A stretch of 32,000 nt of DNA. It comes from Corynebacterium glutamicum ATCC 13032. Lineage in GTDB: Bacteria > Actinomycetota > Actinomycetes > Mycobacteriales > Mycobacteriaceae. This document shows positions 7,492-15,853 of this stretch, one piece after another. Numbering within the stretch: the first letter of the stretch is position 1; each line of letters opens with the position of its first letter. The DNA is taken from positions 3,120,001 through 3,152,000 of the forward strand of contig NC_003450.3 of assembly GCF_000011325.1 (NCBI RefSeq), in the 5' to 3' direction. The notes beneath the pieces are model-generated. The model was not told the origin of the DNA, made no database searches, and saw only the letters and a program-made list of their open reading frames with translations. The position numbers were made by a program, and so were the translations under genes.

Positions 7492-8424
7492 TCAGCCCTC
7501 TTCTAATGCATACCTCGATCCCGCCACGAACTTCCGGAAGTTATCCACCGCAGGTGCCGGCCCCGCGTTGAGTCGCCACACCAAACCTAGTTCCCTATAA
7601 GCGGGTGGACTAAGTGGGCGTTGCACGATTCCCACTGTGGGAAGGTACGGATCATCCATCGGAACCACACCAACGCCGAGACCTGCGCTGACAAGCCCTG
7701 CGACGGTGGTGAGTTCCATGGATTCGAAAACCACATTGGGAACAAAACCGGCTTCTTCGGCTAATGCATCCATGAGGAGTCGGGTGCCGAAACCTGCTCG
7801 CATCGCCACGAAAGGTTCTTCCGCCGCAGTAATCAACGGCAATTCTCCTTGGCCAGAAAAGGAGGCAAGCCGGTGATCTGCGGGAACAGCTAGGGCAAGT
7901 CGTTGACGAAGCAGTGGCGCCCACCCTAAAGAGGTACCAACCTCGGCAGGTTTGGGGCCAACTAATGCGAGGTCAGTTTCATCAGCCAAAACACGATCTA
8001 CCAGGAGCATTGCTGCCGCTTGGTGGAGTTGGAATTCTACGTTGGGGTGTTCGGCGCGGAATGTTCGGATAAGTTCGGGGACCATCCAAGTGCCCAAGGA
8101 ATGCATGAAGTCCAGTCGGATTGTGCCTTTTTCTGGGTCCATGAGGCGTTTGATTTCAGTTGCGGCGGAGTTGAATTCTGCGACGATGGCGCTGGCGTGG
8201 TTGAGGAAGGCGTGGCCTCGTTGGTTGAGGACGAGTTTGCGGCCGGCGCGGTCGAAAAGTGGGGTGCCTGCGTGTTTTTCCACTCGGCTGATTCGTCTGG
8301 AAAGTGTGGGCTGCGGGATGCCTAATCTTTCGGCAGTTTCGGTGAGGTGGCCTGATTGAGCGACTGAAATGAAGCTGCGTAGGTCGTCGATTCGCAGGTC
8401 TCCGCCGTCGTTGCCCATGGTCAC
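7492..8424 (-). CDS. LysR-family transcriptional regulator
   Basis: 310-aa ORF. It has an N-terminal LysR HTH (LRSFISVAQSGHLTETAERLGIPQPTLSRRISRVEKHAGTPLFDR) plus a substrate-binding domain. It is divergent from an MFS transporter gene, the classic LysR arrangement. Confidence 0.9.
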   Translation of the reverse strand: MTMGNDGGDLRIDDLRSFISVAQSGHLTETAERLGIPQPTLSRRISRVEKHAGTPLFDRAGRKLVLNQRGHAFLNHASAIVAEFNSAATEIKRLMDPEKGTIRLDFMHSLGTWMVPELIRTFRAEHPNVEFQLHQAAAMLLVDRVLADETDLALVGPKPAEVGTSLGWAPLLRQRLALAVPADHRLASFSGQGELPLITAAEEPFVAMRAGFGTRLLMDALAEEAGFVPNVVFESMELTTVAGLVSAGLGVGVVPMDDPYLPTVGIVQRPLSPPAYRELGLVWRLNAGPAPAVDNFRKFVAGSRYALEEG

Positions 8425-8492
8425 AGCCTACATGCACAAAGTGAATCAAAAACAGCTATTTCTAACATTTTACTAATATTTGCTGTTGGCGC

Positions 8493-9743
8493 ATGATGAA
8501 CTCCATGAGCCAAGCAATAGATAGCAAGGTCGAGGCACACGAAGGCCACGAAGGCCACGAAGGCATCGAGCGAGGAACACGCAATTACAAGCGCGCTGTG
8601 TTTGCGATGCTGGCCGCCGGTCTTGCTGCTTTCAATGGTCTTTATTGCACGCAGGCATTGCTTCCCACCATGACGGAAGAGTTGGGAATTACGCCCACTG
8701 AGTCCGCGCTGACGGTGTCGGCTACGACTGGAATGTTGGCGCTGTGTATTGTTCCGGCGTCGATACTTTCGGAGAAATTTGGTCGCGGTCGGGTGCTGAC
8801 AATTTCACTCACGTTGGCCATCATCGTGGGATTAATTTTGCCGCTTGTCCCCAATATTACTGCTCTCATCCTGCTCAGAGGTCTCCAAGGTGCGCTGCTT
8901 GCTGGCACTCCAGCGGTGGCGATGACCTGGTTGTCTGAGGAAATTCACCCCAAGGATATTGGGCATGCGATGGGAATTTACATCGCGGGAAATACTGTCG
9001 GCGGGCTCACTGGACGTATGATTCCGGCGGGACTACTTGAAGTAACTCATTGGCAAAACGCACTGCTGGGAAGTTCTATCGCTGCGCTGATCTTCGGCGT
9101 AATCATGGTGGTGTTGCTTCCCAAGCAGCGGAAATTCCAGCCGAAGAATATCAATCTGCGCCATGAGATTTCGGCGATGGCTGCTCATTGGCGGAATCCT
9201 CGTTTGGCGTTGCTTTTTGGTACTGCGTTTTTGGGCATGGGTACTTTTGTGTCGCTGTACAACTATTTGGGTTTCCGCATGATTGATCAGTTTGGGCTGA
9301 GTGAAGTGCTGGTTGGTGCGGTGTTCATCATGTATCTGGCCGGGACCTGGAGTTCCACCCAGGCGGGTGCGTTGAGGGAGAAGATCGGCAATGGGTCAAC
9401 GGTTATTTTCTTGAGTCTGACGATGATCGCGTCGATGGCACTGATGGGGATTAATAATTTGTGGGTCACGTTGGTTGCCCTGTTTGTGTTTACCGCGGCA
9501 TTTTTCGCACTGCATTCCAGTGCTTCGGGATGGATCGGAATCATCGCAACGAAGGATCGCGCGGAAGCCTCCAGCATGTATTTGTTCTGTTATTACGTGG
9601 GATCCTCGGTGATTGGTTGGGTTTCTGGATTCGCGTTTACGCATTTGCCGTGGTTGGCGTTCATTGGCTGGTTGATTCTGCTTCTTTGCGGAGTGCTGGC
9701 GATTTGTGTGACGCTGGCAAGGCTTGCCCGCAACGCCAATTAA
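8493..9743 (+). CDS. MFS transporter (12 TMS, YnfM-like), with a His/Glu-rich N-terminal tail
   Basis: 416-aa ORF with about 12 hydrophobic segments and MFS motif-A-like LSEKFGRGRV. The start could also be one of the nearby in-frame ATGs (8496, 8508). Confidence 0.9.
   Translation: MMNSMSQAIDSKVEAHEGHEGHEGIERGTRNYKRAVFAMLAAGLAAFNGLYCTQALLPTMTEELGITPTESALTVSATTGMLALCIVPASILSEKFGRGRVLTISLTLAIIVGLILPLVPNITALILLRGLQGALLAGTPAVAMTWLSEEIHPKDIGHAMGIYIAGNTVGGLTGRMIPAGLLEVTHWQNALLGSSIAALIFGVIMVVLLPKQRKFQPKNINLRHEISAMAAHWRNPRLALLFGTAFLGMGTFVSLYNYLGFRMIDQFGLSEVLVGAVFIMYLAGTWSSTQAGALREKIGNGSTVIFLSLTMIASMALMGINNLWVTLVALFVFTAAFFALHSSASGWIGIIATKDRAEASSMYLFCYYVGSSVIGWVSGFAFTHLPWLAFIGWLILLLCGVLAICVTLARLARNAN
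8538..8564 (+). repeat. In-frame 9-bp tandem repeat (cacgaaggc x3) encoding HEG-HEG-HEG
   Basis: Three perfect consecutive copies read directly from the sequence, within the N-terminal tail of the MFS gene. Confidence 0.9.
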
Positions 9744-9785
9744 TACGAGTTTGTCCGTGTTTAAATCGGCGCTATTGTTGAATCC

Positions 9786-11399
9786 ATGAGAAGCGATTCC
9801 ACATGGAGCAGTCGGACTTGGCACAGAAAAGCTAGTAGACCAGTATCGATTTGGTTGATGGTTCTGGTAATCGCCGGAATAATCCACCCGCTCCTGCCGG
9901 AATACCGTTGGGTTCTCATTCACCTTTTCACCCTTGGTGCCATCACCAATTCGATTGTGGTGTGGTCGCAGCATTTCACGGAAAAGTTTCTGCATTTAAA
10001 GCTTGAGGAATCGAAACGCCCTGCGCAGCTACTGAAAATTCGGGTGCTGAATGTGGGAATTATCGTCACGATTATTGGGCAGATGATCGGTCAGTGGATC
10101 GTCACCAGTGTCGGCGCGACGATTGTGGGCGGTGCTTTGGCGTGGCACGCAGGCAGTTTGGCATCACAGTTCCGGAGCGCAAAACGCGGTCAGCCTTTCG
10201 CGTCGGCAGTGATCGCGTATGTTGCCAGCGCGTGCTGCCTGCCGTTTGGCGCATTTGCCGGAGCGTTGTTGTCCAAGGAGCTGTCGGGACATCTCCAGGA
10301 ACGAGTCCTTCTCACCCACACGGTGATTAATTTTCTAGGTTTCGTGGGATTTGCTGCGCTCGGTTCGCTGTCGGTGCTGTTCGCCGCGATTTGGCGCACC
10401 AAAATTCGCCACAATTTCACCCCGTGGTCTGTGGGGATCATGGCGGTGAGCCTGCCGATCATCGTCACGGGCATCCTGCTCAACAACGGCTATGTCGCCG
10501 CCACAGGCCTGGCCGCGTACGTGGCAGCATGGTTGCTGGCCATGGTGGGGTGGGGGAAGGCGTCGATAAGCAATTTAAGCTTTTCGACGTCCACCTCCAC
10601 CACCGCACCCCTTTGGCTCGTGGGCACGCTTGTGTGGCTGGCGGTGCAGGCGGTGATGCATGACGGCGAGCTTTACCATGTGGAAGTTCCCACGATTGCG
10701 CTGGTCATCGGCTTTGGCGCGCAGCTTCTGATCGGTGTGATGAGTTATCTACTGCCGTCGACGATGGGTGGCGGCGCGAGCGCGGTGCGGACTGGAACGC
10801 ACATTTTAAACACTGCGGGGCTGTTTAGGTGGACGCTGATCAACGGTGGCCTGGCGATTTGGCTGCTCACCGACAATTCGTGGCTGCGCGTCGTGGTGTC
10901 TCTGCTGAGTATCGGAGCGTTGGCAGTTTTTGTCATTCTGCTGCCCAAGGCTGTGCGGGCGCAGCGCGGAGTGATCACCAAAAAGCGCGAACCAATTACT
11001 CCGCCGGAGGAGCCTCGACTCAATCAAATTACCGCGGGAATCTCTGTGCTTGCCCTGATTTTGGCAGCATTCGGTGGGCTCAACCCCGGTGTTGCGCCGG
11101 TGGCAAGCTCAAATGAAGACGTCTATGCTGTGACCATTACCGCAGGTGACATGGTGTTTATCCCTGATGTGATTGAAGTGCCTGCTGGTAAATCACTCGA
11201 AGTCACGATGCTCAACGAAGACGACATGGTGCACGATCTGAAATTTGCCAACGGTGTGCAAACCGGACGTGTGGCGCCAGGTGATGAAATTACGGTGACC
11301 GTCGGCGATATTTCCGAAGACATGGACGGCTGGTGCACCATCGCTGGGCACCGCGCGCAAGGAATGGATCTGGAAGTAAAGGTTGCGGCTCCGAATTAA
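9786..11399 (+). CDS. Polytopic membrane protein (about 10-12 TMS) fused to a C-terminal cupredoxin (type-1 copper) domain
   Basis: 537-aa ORF. Residues ~20-400 are almost entirely hydrophobic helices. The last ~95 aa (nt ~11124-11399), VTITAGDMVFIPDVIEVPAGKSLEVTMLNEDDMVHDLKF...GWCTIAGHRAQGMDLEVKV, have the plastocyanin/azurin-like beta-sandwich pattern and a His...Cys-x4-His-x4-Met ligand set. Confidence 0.8.
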   Translation: MRSDSTWSSRTWHRKASRPVSIWLMVLVIAGIIHPLLPEYRWVLIHLFTLGAITNSIVVWSQHFTEKFLHLKLEESKRPAQLLKIRVLNVGIIVTIIGQMIGQWIVTSVGATIVGGALAWHAGSLASQFRSAKRGQPFASAVIAYVASACCLPFGAFAGALLSKELSGHLQERVLLTHTVINFLGFVGFAALGSLSVLFAAIWRTKIRHNFTPWSVGIMAVSLPIIVTGILLNNGYVAATGLAAYVAAWLLAMVGWGKASISNLSFSTSTSTTAPLWLVGTLVWLAVQAVMHDGELYHVEVPTIALVIGFGAQLLIGVMSYLLPSTMGGGASAVRTGTHILNTAGLFRWTLINGGLAIWLLTDNSWLRVVVSLLSIGALAVFVILLPKAVRAQRGVITKKREPITPPEEPRLNQITAGISVLALILAAFGGLNPGVAPVASSNEDVYAVTITAGDMVFIPDVIEVPAGKSLEVTMLNEDDMVHDLKFANGVQTGRVAPGDEITVTVGDISEDMDGWCTIAGHRAQGMDLEVKVAAPN

Positions 11400-11424
11400 C
11401 CAAGGGCTGCTGAAAAACTCCCCG

Positions 11425-11479
11425 CCTTGGTCTCAATCGCACACTTCGACCCGCGAAAACTGTGCATTTGAGACCAAGG
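11425..11479. terminator. Long composite hairpin between convergent genes (possible bidirectional terminator)
   Basis: 12-bp perfect outer arms (ccttggtctcaa 11425-11436 / ttgagaccaagg 11468-11479) plus inner pairings (gcaca/tgtgc, ttcg/cgaa). There is no clear U-tract on either side. Confidence 0.45.
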
Positions 11480-11505
11480 ACGGCTCTGGAGAATCCTTCC
11501 TTGGT

Positions 11506-13029
11506 TTAAATATTCCCCAGCACAGGTGCCGTGCGCGCACCTTGTCGAAGCCAATGGCGAACCGCTGCGGTGGCCCTGCAATCATCGCCGTTGTAGCTGA
11601 GCAATTGAGCACGAGCGGCCTCAGCTTCTGGTTCGGCAGCCGTGGAAGCAATGAGATATGCGTGGAGGCTATCTTCACCTGCGAAGTCTTCTTCCTCCCA
11701 ATGGAATCCAGCTGCCGGCGCGAGTTGTTTCAGACCTAAACCACCGGGGCCAACAAGTTGGGAGCGCGCGACAGCAAACATGTCATTCCATTGGTCAGAG
11801 CTAATGAAGCTGCGGATTTCTTGCTCGTCGGGCACACCTTTGACTTTGCCGAAGAATCTGCGAGCAGTGGAGAGCATCCAGTGGTTTTCGCCGTTGCTGG
11901 CATAGCAGAACACACCGAAGGTTTGTCCCTGCTGGCGAGCTTTGTCCCGGCGCGATTTCAGCCAGGACCAGAAGCGAGCAAAGTTCTCACCTTCGGCAGC
12001 CTCACCGAGATCGGACCAAATGACAAAAGGTATGTACGTTTTGCCGTCCCAAGCTCCCCACAAATAGGCACCTAAATCTAGGTAGGCTTCCACATCGACG
12101 TCGATTTCCACATCGAAACGTGGGGCGCTGGTGTGCGCCTCGCGTCGAAGGACGGGGATTTCGGCGCGCCAGGCGGCAGCGACGTGGGAGATTTCGCCGA
12201 GGTTGGCGTCGATAAGCGCTGTTGTGGTGTTGATGCCTTTTTCGCGGTAGGTGTCTGCGCGGTCGCCGGTGAGGAAGAGGCTGATGTCATCGGCGGCTTT
12301 GAGTTCTGGTTCGCATTTGGGCCAGAATCTGCAGGTTGCGCACTCTTTTACCCGTCGAGGTGCTGTCGGCGCCGGGGTCAGCAACGCGCGGTGAGCTGCA
12401 GGGGCGTAGCGGGTGACATCCACTAGGTATGCCCAATCGCGGTCCTGTCCCACGACGGCGCCGATCGAAGACTCGGGTGCTGCTCCAGCTTCCTCCAAAC
12501 CCATCAACGCGAGGGTGAGGCGATAGCCATCGATCGTGTGGTGGCGCAGCGTTGCCTTGAGCTCTAGCGGCTGACCCAAACCGAGGCGGGTGACGGCAAT
12601 GCCCTGCATAGTTTTGTGCGGATCCGGACGGGCGACACGGTGATTGCTCACCATCACGGGCATGTAGCTTCCATCAGGGTTGCGCACCAAGACATCCACT
12701 TGCACTTCCCATGCCACCCCTTCGAGGGTGCCCGTGAACACTGCGCCGGTAATCAAGGTGTCGCCGGCTGCAATTGCTTCGAGGGTTTCAAACTCCGCCA
12801 ATTCAGCATCATTGTCTAGATCTGCCCTGGTGAAAGGAATTCGGCCCCGCTTTTTGGGCTGCTCTGGGAGACGATCCAAAACTTCCGTCAACCCAACCTC
12901 ACGGCGGGCCCTGCGCTGCATTGTTGCAGGTAAAGGAGAGATTTCTGGGAAATTTATGCGCTGGACCTGACGGTACCTACATCCCACCAGATCACTTGGC
13001 GTTAACCGTTCCGATTGCATTCTTCCCAC
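11506..13029 (-). CDS. RecB-family nuclease of the TM0106 type: Cas4-like PD-(D/E)xK/4Fe-4S domain fused to an RNase H-like (DEDD-type) domain
   Basis: 507-aa ORF. It has an N-terminal Cys (LVGCRYRQ) plus C-x2-C-x5-C (ECATCRFWPKCEPE), the iron-staple arrangement of Cas4/AddB nucleases. The C-terminal half starts with DVEIDVDVEAY (DxE exonuclease-like) and continues ...FCYASNGENHWM...YNGDDCRAT. The start is either GTG 13029 or ATG 13020. Confidence 0.75.
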   Translation of the reverse strand: MGRMQSERLTPSDLVGCRYRQVQRINFPEISPLPATMQRRARREVGLTEVLDRLPEQPKKRGRIPFTRADLDNDAELAEFETLEAIAAGDTLITGAVFTGTLEGVAWEVQVDVLVRNPDGSYMPVMVSNHRVARPDPHKTMQGIAVTRLGLGQPLELKATLRHHTIDGYRLTLALMGLEEAGAAPESSIGAVVGQDRDWAYLVDVTRYAPAAHRALLTPAPTAPRRVKECATCRFWPKCEPELKAADDISLFLTGDRADTYREKGINTTTALIDANLGEISHVAAAWRAEIPVLRREAHTSAPRFDVEIDVDVEAYLDLGAYLWGAWDGKTYIPFVIWSDLGEAAEGENFARFWSWLKSRRDKARQQGQTFGVFCYASNGENHWMLSTARRFFGKVKGVPDEQEIRSFISSDQWNDMFAVARSQLVGPGGLGLKQLAPAAGFHWEEEDFAGEDSLHAYLIASTAAEPEAEAARAQLLSYNGDDCRATAAVRHWLRQGARTAPVLGNI

Positions 13030-13115
13030 AATGACATGAGCTTATTGCAACATCGTGGGTAAAGTTGAATCGAGAAGTCGAGAAATAACCGACCGATGAA
13101 AGAGTTGAGACGATA

Positions 13116-13751
13116 ATGGGCATCTTCGAAGCCATCCGAGCCGCACGCGCGAAGACCAAAGCTGAGATCAAAGCAGCCGAGGCAAAAGTAAAAACTGAGG
13201 CGAAAAACAAAGCAAAGCTAGATCTCAAGCGCGAGAAGCTTCTTGTCCAGCAGGAAAAGAATCTGCTCAAGGTTGAAGAAAAGGGCCTGAAGAAGCGCAA
13301 CAAGCATGAGCTGAAGATGGCCAAAAATATCCTTGAGCAAAAGCGCCAAGGACGCCTAAACAAAGACAAGGTGAAGCGCTGGGCTGGCACCGCACGTGTG
13401 CTCACTCCACTACTGCTGCCTATTATTTATCGACTCTCCACCGAAGCACGCGATCAGGTTGTTAAGGGACGTGCCCGTCGTGCAGGTGTCACCGCGGAGC
13501 AGCTTAGCCAATTCGCAGGTCACGCAGCAGCGCTGAAGGCTCGTATTCAAGGTGTTCGCGAAACCGCAAAGAACTCCAGCCTCCCTGCTGGCTTTGTACG
13601 CGATGTTGAAGAGCGTCTCAATGAGCTCGAGGCTGCTGCGAATAACTCTGAGTTCATGTCTCCACAGCAGAGGAACCGTGCGCACCAGTCGATCAGTCGT
13701 GATCTGAACCAGGTGTCAGATCAGATTCAGGATCGACTACTGGACAAGTAG
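13116..13751 (+). CDS. Conserved hypothetical Lys-rich coiled-coil protein (possibly the actinobacterial DUF6474 family)
   Basis: 211-aa ORF. The first ~90 aa are K/E/A-rich and predicted coiled coil. They are followed by a short hydrophobic segment (VLTPLLLPIIY) and an alpha-helical C-terminal half. The family name is from memory only. Confidence 0.65.
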   Translation: MGIFEAIRAARAKTKAEIKAAEAKVKTEAKNKAKLDLKREKLLVQQEKNLLKVEEKGLKKRNKHELKMAKNILEQKRQGRLNKDKVKRWAGTARVLTPLLLPIIYRLSTEARDQVVKGRARRAGVTAEQLSQFAGHAAALKARIQGVRETAKNSSLPAGFVRDVEERLNELEAAANNSEFMSPQQRNRAHQSISRDLNQVSDQIQDRLLDK

Positions 13752-13775
13752 CTGCTGGTCGAGTCGCTGCCGGGA

Positions 13776-15242
13776 TTATTTTGCTTCCACCACAGTGGTT
13801 GTGGTGGGGATGAAATAGGAGATGACCGCAGCCACAAGCGCGGCGCAGCATCCGATGATCAGAGTGGTCATGAATCCCCCTAAGGTGGGTACTCCGCCAC
13901 TCATCATTCCGGCCAACACTGCACCGATGACAGCTGATGAGCCGGTGGTGCCCAGTGAACGCATAAGAGAGTTGAAACCATTCGCTGCGGCTTTCTCCGT
14001 GGCTGGTACGGCACCCATGATCAAGGCAGGCATGGAACCAAATGCCAGGCCAATGCCGATACCGACCACGAGACTACACACTGAGAACAGCACCAGGGTG
14101 GTCAAAATAAGTGCGTTGTCTGCATCTCCTCCCGGTGTGCGGTTGCCGATAGTGAACAACACTGTGGCAGTAAGTGCATAACCGACTGCGATCACAACAC
14201 CCGCAATTGTCAGCGTCACACGAGGACCATGAGCAGCGCTAATGGCTGCACCTGCATTCGAAATCAACATCATGCCTAGACCCATCGGGATCAGCCAGAT
14301 GCCCATCTGAAGCATGCTCTGGCCTAGACCGTAGCCCAGAATTACAGGCAGCTGCATGACCTGAGGCAGGATCAGATTCATTCCATACATGGTGAAACCG
14401 ATGAGGATGGACGCAATATTTGTCATCAACACGGTCGCCCGAATAGTGGTGCGCAGATCAATCAAAGGGGATTTCTGGCGGGTTTCGAACCAGCCCCAAC
14501 CCACCAAAATCACCAGCGCTGCCACGAATAACCCAATGGTCAGGGCACTTCTCCAGCCCCATTCTGATCCCTTGGACACCGCGAGCAACAATGCGATAAG
14601 TCCCATTGCAAGGCCGAGAGCACCGAAATAATCAAAGCCGCCACTCCTCACGATCCTGGGTCTAGCAGGAATCGCCTTCCAAATGACCGCGCCAACTGTA
14701 AGCGCTACCAGAGCGGTGAACCAGAACAGCACCCGCCAGGACGCAAACTGGGCAATAGCAGCAGCCAGCGGTAGACCGAGTGCACCGCCAATGCCCATGG
14801 AAGAACTCATCAAAGCAATGGCAGACCCTGCTTTCTCCCGGGGCAACAAATCATGCATGAGAGAAATGCCAAGAGGAATCAGGCCAGAGCCAAGCCCCTG
14901 AAAACCACGGCCGATGATCATCGGAATCAAATCCACCGACACAGCGCAGATCACTGATCCAAGAATGAACGGGACAAGTGAGATGAGCATCATCTTTTTC
15001 TTGCCGTACATATCTGCAAGCCTGCCCATCACAGGAGTCGCCACTGCGCCCACCAACAGCGTCACAGTAATGATCCAAGAGGCATTAGCAGCCGTGGTGT
15101 TGAAGATCTCGGGCAACCGACCAATGATCGGAATAACCAGGGTCTGCGCTAGGGAAACAGTGATACCAGCTGAGGCGAGAGTGACCACCAGCAGGCCGTA
15201 TTTGATCTGTGGTGTGGCTGATTCGGGAGGACTCGATGACAT
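13776..15242 (-). CDS. MFS drug/H+ antiporter, DHA2 (EmrB/QacA, 14-TMS) family
   Basis: The ORF is open to 15341, but I chose ATG 15242 (MSSSPPESATPQIKYGLLVVTLASAG..., 488 aa). The longer version would overlap the divergent MarR gene start. It shows the motif GRLADMYGKKKM and about 14 hydrophobic segments. Confidence 0.9.
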   Translation of the reverse strand: MSSSPPESATPQIKYGLLVVTLASAGITVSLAQTLVIPIIGRLPEIFNTTAANASWIITVTLLVGAVATPVMGRLADMYGKKKMMLISLVPFILGSVICAVSVDLIPMIIGRGFQGLGSGLIPLGISLMHDLLPREKAGSAIALMSSSMGIGGALGLPLAAAIAQFASWRVLFWFTALVALTVGAVIWKAIPARPRIVRSGGFDYFGALGLAMGLIALLLAVSKGSEWGWRSALTIGLFVAALVILVGWGWFETRQKSPLIDLRTTIRATVLMTNIASILIGFTMYGMNLILPQVMQLPVILGYGLGQSMLQMGIWLIPMGLGMMLISNAGAAISAAHGPRVTLTIAGVVIAVGYALTATVLFTIGNRTPGGDADNALILTTLVLFSVCSLVVGIGIGLAFGSMPALIMGAVPATEKAAANGFNSLMRSLGTTGSSAVIGAVLAGMMSGGVPTLGGFMTTLIIGCCAALVAAVISYFIPTTTTVVEAK

Positions 15243-15243
15243 T

Positions 15244-15260
15244 ATGTGTATGGTACACAT
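15244..15260. promoter_or_regulatory. Perfect palindrome ATGTGTA-TGG-TACACAT in the 55-bp MarR/MFS divergent spacer (candidate MarR operator overlapping a -10 box)
   Basis: 7-bp arms read directly. On the minus strand the palindrome contains TACCAT at -13..-8 relative to the MFS ATG. This fits the TAnnnT -10 of a leaderless transcript. Confidence 0.45.
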
Positions 15261-15297
15261 TTTGTGCAAGATGCAATAGCTGGCAAACTGGAGAGCC

Positions 15298-15756
15298 ATG
15301 AGCACCGACCCCATCGCGGCCTTGGAATACGAATCCACCATCTTCGCCCGTCACCGGAATCAATACACCGGCCAAGCAGGTACGAATGCTGGCGTCCTCG
15401 ATTCCAGCGGCTACAACCTACTCACGCTGCTCCAGTTACGTGGCCCCTCCACCATCGGCGAACTCAGCGCCATCACCGGCCTAGACGCATCTACCCTTAA
15501 CCGTCAGACAAAAGCCCTACTAACCAAAGGATTTGTCGAACGCATCCCAGATCCCGACGGTGGAATCGCTCGGAAATTCCACCCCACCGACCTCGGCAAT
15601 GAACTGCTCAACGAGGAACGCACATCCAGCCAAGAAAAATATGCCGAGTTACTTTCAGACTGGCCCGAAGAGGATCTACGCACCTTCGTCAAACTTCTTG
15701 AAAAACTAAATAAAGCCGTGGAGACACGCGTCGGAAAGCATTGGCCGCGCCCCTGA
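15298..15756 (+). CDS. MarR-family transcriptional regulator
   Basis: 152-aa ORF with a winged-HTH region (LLTLLQLRGPSTIGELSAITGLDASTLNRQTKALLTKGFVERIPDPDGGIARKFHPTDLG). It is divergent from the MFS exporter. Confidence 0.9.
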   Translation: MSTDPIAALEYESTIFARHRNQYTGQAGTNAGVLDSSGYNLLTLLQLRGPSTIGELSAITGLDASTLNRQTKALLTKGFVERIPDPDGGIARKFHPTDLGNELLNEERTSSQEKYAELLSDWPEEDLRTFVKLLEKLNKAVETRVGKHWPRP

Positions 15757-15853
15757 CTCAGCCCAAGCCAGAGCCCGTGCCCCTGCTAAAGCCTCGGGAT
15801 GCTCCCGTAGGCCAACCCCGGCGCGGATACCTAAAGCCTTGCAGCAACCCCCG

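Noticed and set aside
12992-13405. 137-aa Ser/Phe/Arg/Leu-rich ORF on the minus strand
   Set aside because: It is the reverse-complement shadow of the Lys/Glu-rich coiled-coil gene (AAG/GAA codons read as CTT/TTC). The sequence is low-complexity and it overlaps the nuclease gene start region.
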